Positions 57,531-64,000 of a stretch of 64,000 bases of DNA are shown here, piece after piece; position 1 is the first letter of the stretch; every line of letters begins with the position of its first letter. Source of the stretch: a virus (Duplodnaviria > Heunggongvirae > Uroviricota > Caudoviricetes); the IMG/VR virus record IMGVR_UViG_2667527592_000002. One strand, given 5' to 3'. A program made the position numbers and the translations under genes. Under the pieces are notes generated by a model. It searched no databases. It worked only from the letters and a program-made list of their open reading frames with translations, and was not told the DNA's origin.

Positions 57531-58322
57531 ATGGGCCGTTTTGACGAATGGTTTGCTGACGATGCAAACCTGGCAAGTAAGGAGTCAGAACATGACAGCA
57601 CGCAGAGAGAAACGCCAGCGGCGGTTGAAGCGGATGCAGGAAGCGCGCCGGAACATGGCAATGCCGGACCGGATTCATTCAGCATTCTGGAAGAGCAATC
57701 CACCGCCGAAGCTGATAGCCATGATAATTTTGCTGATAGCAACGGTGGCCTTACTCCGGACGCTGGCGAATCAAATATAGCCATACTTCCACCTTCCCTG
57801 GCTGGCAGAGAACCGACTCCACAGCTAAAAGCACGCTATAACGGGCATAAAGCCTTTAACGACCAAATCCGCGCAGACTGGATGCTGATTATTGAATCCA
57901 GCCCAGACGCGTTTCAGGCTCTCTTATATCGACCAGATGTTGGCACATATGGGGTAGTCAGCGACGAAACAGGAGAAGAGTCATTCACTGAACTGGATAA
58001 CAACCAACGCGAACTGACTTACCAGGAACCTGAAATCGTTTATGTGCTGGATAACCCGGACGGGCGTGACTCTTTCCATGCGATTGACGCAGACGGTGAG
58101 CAGGATGGCTTAACCGATGATGTTCTGATTCTGCGTATTGCAGCAAATAACGTCCCCGTCGGATCAATTCTTGAATGGAATGAAGAGATGGTAAACGGCG
58201 TAGCCCGCCGCTGGTTGTACGTGCACCGTATTTTTAGCTACGGCACACAGCATGTTGGTTCGCTTTACTACTGCATACCGGCCAGGAATTTTGATACGAC
58301 TCAAAACGGAGTGATCGAATGA
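57531..58322 (+). CDS. hypothetical protein, acidic N-terminal half
   Basis: ATG at 57531 with GAGGA RBS; ORF track starts earlier. Confidence 0.35.
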   Translation: MGRFDEWFADDANLASKESEHDSTQRETPAAVEADAGSAPEHGNAGPDSFSILEEQSTAEADSHDNFADSNGGLTPDAGESNIAILPPSLAGREPTPQLKARYNGHKAFNDQIRADWMLIIESSPDAFQALLYRPDVGTYGVVSDETGEESFTELDNNQRELTYQEPEIVYVLDNPDGRDSFHAIDADGEQDGLTDDVLILRIAANNVPVGSILEWNEEMVNGVARRWLYVHRIFSYGTQHVGSLYYCIPARNFDTTQNGVIE

Positions 58323-59086
58323 CTTCAAATAAAACCCTCCTGGCGCGAACAGGTGAATGGCAAACCTCACGCACAGGAAAATTCCAGACCACGGGCTTTG
58401 AAAGCGTGGATAACGCGTTTGCTACGCTAATCAGCAATATCTTTTCTGATATCTTACTGGTGGCCCCCGCGCCGGAAGAAAAACGCTTTGCGTCATTCCT
58501 GAATCGTCCACCAGCAGAGCGTGTCTATGTGGCCCGTTTCGACAATGCGATCGAGTTTCTTAAAGCAGTTCGTCGCGCAAATGCCGGGCAAGGGAGAAAA
58601 CCTGAAAACCAGAACATTAACCGGGATGCTCTCCCCCTGGTCAATATCTCACGCACTATGGATATCAATTATATCAACGATGATCAGCAGATTGACCGCA
58701 AAAAAGTAGCCAGTTTTTGCGAACCGGATACCGGAATGCCTTTAGCAGAACTGGAATACACCCAGGCCATTCTGACGTATGACGTTACGTTAATGGCAAC
58801 TGATAAAGCGACCATGAGTCTGATGTGTAATTCGCTGGGCGCACGGCTTCGCCTGATGACAGGTACACAATTTGAAGCAACCACTCACCTTGTTCGTGTC
58901 CCGGTCCCGCTGATTTGCTCGATACAGGATGCCAAAGAAGTCGGCTTTACGGATGTTTCAGCACCAATTGGAGAAGAGCGTATTTATGCCACACAAGCGC
59001 CGATAAGTGTGATTGCAGACGTGATCACAGCATGGGAGTTGGACGCAAAACGTATTATTACCGAAACCTCGATATCTATGGGGTGA
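58319..59086 (+). CDS. hypothetical protein (possible virion component)
   Basis: 255 aa, overlapping start; same operon as gpV-like gene. Confidence 0.3.
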   Translation: MTSNKTLLARTGEWQTSRTGKFQTTGFESVDNAFATLISNIFSDILLVAPAPEEKRFASFLNRPPAERVYVARFDNAIEFLKAVRRANAGQGRKPENQNINRDALPLVNISRTMDINYINDDQQIDRKKVASFCEPDTGMPLAELEYTQAILTYDVTLMATDKATMSLMCNSLGARLRLMTGTQFEATTHLVRVPVPLICSIQDAKEVGFTDVSAPIGEERIYATQAPISVIADVITAWELDAKRIITETSISMG

Positions 59087-59089
59087 TAA

Positions 59090-60070
59090 GTGGCCCAGGA
59101 GTTACAACAATATTTTCTACAGTCAGTGCTCATTAACGATAACAAAGTGCCACGAGACTGGATTTTTACCGCAGTATATGTAGAAAAAACCAGCCTCAAA
59201 GCCCCTTTGCTAAAACTGGAAATTCATGACGCTACCGGCACCGTAATTGATGACTGGAAAGCCAAATACGGTGCATCGCTGGTGGCTGAAATGGGCGATC
59301 CAAACGGTAATGCAGGCACTTTTAAAACAGATTTCTTTGTTACGTCTGCAATGCTGGCTGGTGATGTTGTTACCGTTATTGCTGTCAGTGAAGACGTGCG
59401 CAGGTTTAAGATCCCCTCCCCGCGCACAAATTTACATACCAACAAAACACCAGACGCTATATTCAAGGCATATTCCGGCAAGCTTAAAATTACCAGCAGC
59501 GTGCTAAAACGCGCAGTTACATATCATCTGAATGCTGGTGACAAACCGTCAAAAATGCTTTCGGAGATAGCGCGAGACAAAGGTGCATTGTGTTGGGTAT
59601 GTCGGGGGGAATTTAACTTTTACACCCTGGCTGATCTGATGAAGCAAACGCCATCATTTACCTACGAGGGGAATAACCCTAAAGCAGAATACACTTTGTC
59701 AAAAATGCGCCTACTCCAACAGGAACATGCGTCAACAGCAAAGAATCAATATCGTTTTGTTGGGTATTCCATGACCGATGGCTACGTCGAATATGGCGAT
59801 AGCTCACTCCCAGTGCGTTATATATCCGACTCTGATATGGAAACTCTTCGCAATATGCAGCTGTCTCTCGTCCCCAAAATGGATATAGAAGTCGCAGGCA
59901 ATCCTGATATAAAACCGGGGATGGTAATAGAGATTATCGTATACCGCTATGACCAGGAAAACCGCATTGATGAATCAATGCCCCGTAAGCTGATAGTAAA
60001 AAATGTTGCGCACTTTGAGGACCGCGTAGGCTACACAACACGAATGATATTGGGAGTGCCGAACAAATGA
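59090..60070 (+). CDS. hypothetical protein (possible baseplate component)
   Basis: 326 aa, immediately upstream of gpV-like gene. Confidence 0.3.
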   Translation: MAQELQQYFLQSVLINDNKVPRDWIFTAVYVEKTSLKAPLLKLEIHDATGTVIDDWKAKYGASLVAEMGDPNGNAGTFKTDFFVTSAMLAGDVVTVIAVSEDVRRFKIPSPRTNLHTNKTPDAIFKAYSGKLKITSSVLKRAVTYHLNAGDKPSKMLSEIARDKGALCWVCRGEFNFYTLADLMKQTPSFTYEGNNPKAEYTLSKMRLLQQEHASTAKNQYRFVGYSMTDGYVEYGDSSLPVRYISDSDMETLRNMQLSLVPKMDIEVAGNPDIKPGMVIEIIVYRYDQENRIDESMPRKLIVKNVAHFEDRVGYTTRMILGVPNK

Positions 60071-60720
60071 AGCGTAGAGCGCAAATTGTTGGAACTGTGC
60101 ACCCGGCAGGGCTTATGCGTGCTCAAGTCCGTGTTTTACCTGACTGGAATGGCGTTCCTGATGACGATCTCCCATGGGCAGAATACCTGTTACCCATAGG
60201 TAACGCGTTTGTACCTACAGTAAAAGGCGACCTAGTATGGGTAGAGTTTCCTTATCTGGATGTTAATGGTCGAATTGATACCAGACGCCCAATGATAGTT
60301 GGCGCGGCTCAGGATGCGCCAGGCGGAATTCCAAACGTTGCACCAGAAGCATCTGGCAAAGGCAACGGCTGGACGCCGCCGGAAGTAGATGGAGCACCTC
60401 CCCGCCCCCAAATCTCAGCAACGAAAGACTTCGTTATTCACCGCAACAATATTCTTGAAGTACGAACTGCTGGTGGCGGCTATGAAATTGCCAATACGGC
60501 AGCTGGCTCAAGGATTGGCATGAATGAGTCCGGGCAGATATATATCATTGGTCCGGCTGATGTAATCGTGAATGCAGGAGGGAGTGTTAACGTCAAATCA
60601 GCCAACAACATCAATGTTAATGGGGAAAATATAGCTGTCACCGCTAACGGGGACATAGCTTTCAAGGCAGGAGGAACCTTTCAGGCCACTGCTGGCAACT
60701 TCGATTTCAAGAAAGGATAG
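60067..60720 (+). CDS. baseplate spike/hub protein (P2 gpV-like)
   Basis: N-terminal OB-fold pattern ...GTVHPAGLMRAQVRVLPDWNGVPDDDLPWAEYLLPIGN...VKGDLVWVEF..., Gly-rich beta-helix-like C-terminus. Confidence 0.5.
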   Translation: MKRRAQIVGTVHPAGLMRAQVRVLPDWNGVPDDDLPWAEYLLPIGNAFVPTVKGDLVWVEFPYLDVNGRIDTRRPMIVGAAQDAPGGIPNVAPEASGKGNGWTPPEVDGAPPRPQISATKDFVIHRNNILEVRTAGGGYEIANTAAGSRIGMNESGQIYIIGPADVIVNAGGSVNVKSANNINVNGENIAVTANGDIAFKAGGTFQATAGNFDFKKG

Positions 60721-60730
60721 AAAACGCACC

Positions 60731-60773
60731 CATTTGTGTTAGATAATTAACATGCATTTTCTAACACAAATGG
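60731..60773. promoter_or_regulatory. perfect 12-bp inverted repeat pair containing the TGTTAGA motif (candidate operator)
   Basis: catttgtgttag...ctaacacaaatg separated by about 19 bp, immediately upstream of rdgC-like start. Confidence 0.5.
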
Positions 60774-60779
60774 TGAGAC

Positions 60780-61685
60780 ATGAGATCAGTCGCTTTCAAA
60801 AATATCTTCATCTATCGTCTTTCACGCGAAGTTAACTGGGATACCGCAGAAGTAAATGCTGCCCTTAGCAAGTTTGTGTTTACCCCATGCGGTTCTCAGG
60901 ATATTGCTAAAGCTGGTTGGACCCCCGTCCTTGGCGACAACCTCACCCATGAATACAAGGGTTTTCTTCTGATACAGCATAAACGAGAGGAAAAAATCCT
61001 ACCTTCTCAAGTGCTCAAAGAAGAGCTACAGAAAAAAATCCTGAAACTTGAAGAAGAACAAGACAGAAAGCTGAAGAAGACCGAAAAAGATTCGCTGAAG
61101 GATGAAGTGCTTCACTCTCTTCTTCCTCGTGCTTTCACGAGAAAATCAGTCGCTAAAATCCTGATAGACCGAAGCAATCATCTGGTTTTTGTCGAGGCGA
61201 GCAGTGCTAAAAAAGCAGAGGATCAGCTGGCTTTGTTACGGAAATCTCTTGGCAGCTTGCCCGTTGTCCCCTTCTCTCCGAAAGACCCATTAGAACTGAC
61301 CATCACTGGCTGGATTAAAAATGGCTTCCCGAACGGTTTCCGTGCCGGTGAGGAAGCGACCTTAAAAGCATTGCTTGATGATGGCGGCGCGGTCCGCTGC
61401 AAAAAAGTGGACCTGCTATCCGACGAGATCATGAGTCATATAGAAGCTGGTAAGGTTGCAACCACAGTTGCGGTTAACTGGCAAGACCGTGCATTTTTCA
61501 GACTGAATGACGATATGAGTATCAAGGCTTTGTCGTTCAGCGACGAATTGTACGACCAGAACGACGATATTGATCGAGAGGATGTTGCTCAACGATTTGA
61601 CGCTGACTTTATCCTGTTTACTGCTGAATTATCAGCGATGTTCACTTCGCTGGTGGAGGCCGTTGGTGGTGAAGCAGAACGTTAA
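60780..61685 (+). CDS. rdgC: RdgC-like recombination-associated protein
   Basis: ...[12 protein letters not shown]..., ...FTPCGSQD..., ...[21 protein letters not shown]..., ...[16 protein letters not shown]... colinear with E. coli RdgC as recalled. Confidence 0.85.
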   Translation: MRSVAFKNIFIYRLSREVNWDTAEVNAALSKFVFTPCGSQDIAKAGWTPVLGDNLTHEYKGFLLIQHKREEKILPSQVLKEELQKKILKLEEEQDRKLKKTEKDSLKDEVLHSLLPRAFTRKSVAKILIDRSNHLVFVEASSAKKAEDQLALLRKSLGSLPVVPFSPKDPLELTITGWIKNGFPNGFRAGEEATLKALLDDGGAVRCKKVDLLSDEIMSHIEAGKVATTVAVNWQDRAFFRLNDDMSIKALSFSDELYDQNDDIDREDVAQRFDADFILFTAELSAMFTSLVEAVGGEAER

Positions 61686-61698
61686 CAATAGACCTCTT

Positions 61699-62349
61699 AT
61701 GGTGAGTCTTTGTGATTTCACGGGGAAAATGGTCGCCCCCTGGCTGGAGCATGGTATAGATGCTGTTATCGTCGATCCACAACACGCAAAGACCACAGAT
61801 GAGCTGATGCAATCAGGCGCAGTTCTGACACGTATCAGTGCGATTATCGATAGTGATGAAGTTTATGCTTTTCTCCGAAATAATTTACAACGTATTGTGT
61901 TTTTAGCTGGTTTTCCGCCGTGCACGGACCTTGCTGTTTCCGGTGCGCGCTGGTTTGCACATAAGGCTGACAAAGATCCGGTTTTCCAGTTCAAAGCGAT
62001 GCAAGTCGTCTGGCAGTGTTACGACATTGCAAAGATGATTGGTTGCCCGTACATGATTGAAAACCCGGTCAGCCAAATATCGACATTCTGGCGTAAACCT
62101 GATCACATCTTCCATCCTTACCACTTCACTGCATATTGCAAGGAAGACAATTACACCAAAAAAACATGCCTCTGGAGCGGGCAGGGCTTTGTCATGCCTG
62201 ATGCCCTAATGGACGAATCATTAGGCAAGCCAGATAACAGAATCCATACCGCGCCACCTGGGCCTGAAAGGGCTAATTTTCGAAGTGCTACTCCGAATGG
62301 ATTCGCAAAAGCAGTTTTCGAAGCAAATAAGGGGGTGCTCTATGAGTAA
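61699..62349 (+). CDS. short C5-cytosine methyltransferase-like protein (atypical motifs)
   Basis: ...LAGFPPCTDLAVSGARW... (PC motif IV-like) and ...MIENPVSQ... (ENV-like motif VI); only 216 aa; motif I degenerate. Confidence 0.4.
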   Translation: MVSLCDFTGKMVAPWLEHGIDAVIVDPQHAKTTDELMQSGAVLTRISAIIDSDEVYAFLRNNLQRIVFLAGFPPCTDLAVSGARWFAHKADKDPVFQFKAMQVVWQCYDIAKMIGCPYMIENPVSQISTFWRKPDHIFHPYHFTAYCKEDNYTKKTCLWSGQGFVMPDALMDESLGKPDNRIHTAPPGPERANFRSATPNGFAKAVFEANKGVLYE

Positions 62350-63247
62350 ATCTCTAGTAAGCACAGCCATAGAAAGACATGATTCGATGGCGGAAATTAG
62401 CTATATGCGCACCATTCGGACTCCGGATGAATACGAGCGTCCGATCTTCAAATGGGTAGGCGGTAAATTTTCAGAGTTGCCTATAGTGCTTGAGCATCTA
62501 CCACACGGTAAGCGGTTAATAGAACCATTCGTTGGTGGCGGTTCCGTATTTACGAATGCAGGATTTCGCCACAACCTGCTTAATGATATTAACGGTGACT
62601 TGATTAACTTCTATCAGACATTGCAGCGAGAAAGACATTCTCTAGTCACGCTGTCATATAGTTTTTTCCAAAATTACAACAACGCTGACGCTTACCTCGA
62701 AGTGCGTGAGGCATTTAACAGAGGAAAGTATGACCAACTACATCATGCTGCTGCCTTTTTGTACCTTAATCGGCACTGTTTTAATGGCGTAACACGGTAC
62801 AACCAAAATGGCGAGTTCAACGTAGGGTATGGTAAATACAAAGCGCCCTACTTCCCACATGCAGAGATGGAGGCATTTTTGGCTGATGACGTACTCAAAA
62901 ACACTTCCTTTGTATCAGGTGACTTTGCTGGCGTCATCGAGGCGGCTGGTGAAGGCGATGTGATTTTTTGCGATCCGCCGTATGAACCGCTGCCGGATAC
63001 AGAAGGGTTTACCAGTTATTCAGGAAATAGCTTCCGTTTCGACGAACAGAAACGGCTGGTATCTCTATTGGTGGAAGCCCACCAGCGCGGCGCTAAGGTA
63101 GTGATTACAAATAGTGGTGCTCCAAACATCCGTGAACTATATGAAGGAAACGGGTTTAAAGTACATCATATGGCAGCCAGACGGTCGGTTTCCTGCAAGG
63201 CGTCAACACGTGTAGTTGCTAACGATATAATTGCAATAATGAAGTAA
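62342..63247 (+). CDS. Dam-like N6-adenine DNA methyltransferase
   Basis: ...IFKWVGGKF..., ...EPFVGGGSV..., ...FCDPPYEP...; start overlaps upstream gene. Confidence 0.8.
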   Translation: MSKSLVSTAIERHDSMAEISYMRTIRTPDEYERPIFKWVGGKFSELPIVLEHLPHGKRLIEPFVGGGSVFTNAGFRHNLLNDINGDLINFYQTLQRERHSLVTLSYSFFQNYNNADAYLEVREAFNRGKYDQLHHAAAFLYLNRHCFNGVTRYNQNGEFNVGYGKYKAPYFPHAEMEAFLADDVLKNTSFVSGDFAGVIEAAGEGDVIFCDPPYEPLPDTEGFTSYSGNSFRFDEQKRLVSLLVEAHQRGAKVVITNSGAPNIRELYEGNGFKVHHMAARRSVSCKASTRVVANDIIAIMK

Positions 63248-63249
63248 AA

Positions 63250-63277
63250 AACGCCGCAGTAGCGGCGTTTACTTTTT
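63250..63277. terminator. bidirectional hairpin terminator between Dam-like gene and glnS
   Basis: aacgccgc-agta-gcggcgtt flanked by A-run and T-run. Confidence 0.6.
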
Positions 63278-63295
63278 CATGTGGCGAAATACCTA

Positions 63296-64000
63296 TTAAC
63301 CTAACTTCGCCCAGGTATCACGCAGCCCAACGGTGCGGTTAAATACCGGTTTTTCCGCCGTAGAATGGCGGCTGTCGAGGCAGAAATAACCTTCACGCTC
63401 AAACTGGAATGCTTTACCCGCTACCGCTTCTTTCAGCGACGGTTCAGCAAAGCCTTGTTTGATCACCAGCGATTCCGGGTTAATCACCGACAGGAAATCA
63501 TCCGCAGCACCTGGGTTCGGTACACTGAACAGACGGTCGTACAGGCGAATTTCAACCGGCAGCGCATGTGCCGCGCTCACCCAGTGAATAACGCCTTTCA
63601 CTTTACGACCATCTGCCGGATCTTTGCTTAAGGTGTCGGCGTCATAAGTACAGAAGATGGTGGTGATATTGCCTTCGGCATCTTTCTCCACGCGTTCAGC
63701 CTTAATGACGTAAGCATTACGCAGACGCACTTCTTTACCCAGCACCAGACGTTTGTACTGCTTGTTAGCTTCTTCGCGGAAATCGGCGCGGTCGATCCAA
63801 ATCTCACCGCTAAACGGCACCTGACGGCTACCCATTTCCGGTTTGTTTGGATGGTTCGGCATGGTGACCATTTCGCCTTCGCCCTGGTAGTTTTCGATAA
63901 CCAGTTTCACCGGATCGATAACCGCCATTGCGCGCGGGGCATTTTCGTTGAGATCTTCACGGATGCAGGATTCCAGCGACGCCATCTCAATGGTGTTGTC
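63296..64000 (-). CDS. glnS: glutaminyl-tRNA synthetase, C-terminal part (gene continues beyond window)
   Basis: ...[46 protein letters not shown]...[15 protein letters not shown] matches E. coli GlnS C-terminus as recalled. Confidence 0.9.
   Translation of the reverse strand, partial: DNTIEMASLESCIREDLNENAPRAMAVIDPVKLVIENYQGEGEMVTMPNHPNKPEMGSRQVPFSGEIWIDRADFREEANKQYKRLVLGKEVRLRNAYVIKAERVEKDAEGNITTIFCTYDADTLSKDPADGRKVKGVIHWVSAAHALPVEIRLYDRLFSVPNPGAADDFLSVINPESLVIKQGFAEPSLKEAVAGKAFQFEREGYFCLDSRHSTAEKPVFNRTVGLRDTWAKLG

Larger units (their letters stand above)
1..63247. mobile_element. P1-like phage / phage-plasmid DNA (partial; both ends not resolved in window)
   Basis: Cre+lox-like site, phd-doc, humD, pap, ppp, pacAB-like, cin-like invertase with tail-fibre segment, DarB-like giant protein, phage tRNAs; gene set matches P1 family from memory. 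Confidence 0.8.

Noticed and set aside
63296-64000. glnS as a phage-encoded aminoacyl-tRNA synthetase
   Set aside because: Sequence matches the housekeeping E. coli-type GlnS C-terminus, is on the opposite strand after a terminator, and runs off the window; most simply host DNA.

Overview
The window reads as a P1-like (Punavirus-type) phage or phage-plasmid segment, about 63.2 kb, ending at a junction with the 3' end of host glnS (63296 to window end, minus strand). All calls are from reading the sequence and the ORF track by eye; no searches were run. Coordinates of non-coding features may be off by 1-2 nt. Best-supported calls: a Cre-like tyrosine recombinase (31373..32401) with a lox-like 13-8-13 site upstream (31188..31221); a Hin/Gin/Cin-family invertase (298..858) abutting a crossover site and a start-less tail-fibre variable segment (1..280); near-identical phd-doc (36411..37018); humD, dut, rdgC, Pap and Ppp homologues; PacA/PacB-like terminase; four tRNAs (Asn, Thr, Ser-like, Ile-CAU). 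Also present: a 2278-aa DarB-like methyltransferase-helicase (12245..19081) and an upstream lydA/lydB/darA-like operon (964..6112); two icd-ant (immI-like) modules; a higB-higA pair. Most other ORFs are hypothetical and listed at low confidence. Candidates for an undescribed system, in rough order of interest: (1) the tRNA island (22300..25575), which carries repeated leader/trailer motifs and tRNA-like hairpin modules between the tRNAs; (2) a strongly AT-rich membrane-protein gene immediately downstream of higBA (55929..56657); (3) four DUF2829 (Tad2-type)-like domains, standalone or fused to other proteins; (4) a terminase-large-subunit paralogue with degenerate Walker motifs (35269..36375). 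A TGTTAGAAAA-type motif recurs in many intergenic regions in both orientations and is probably the operator of a phage regulator.
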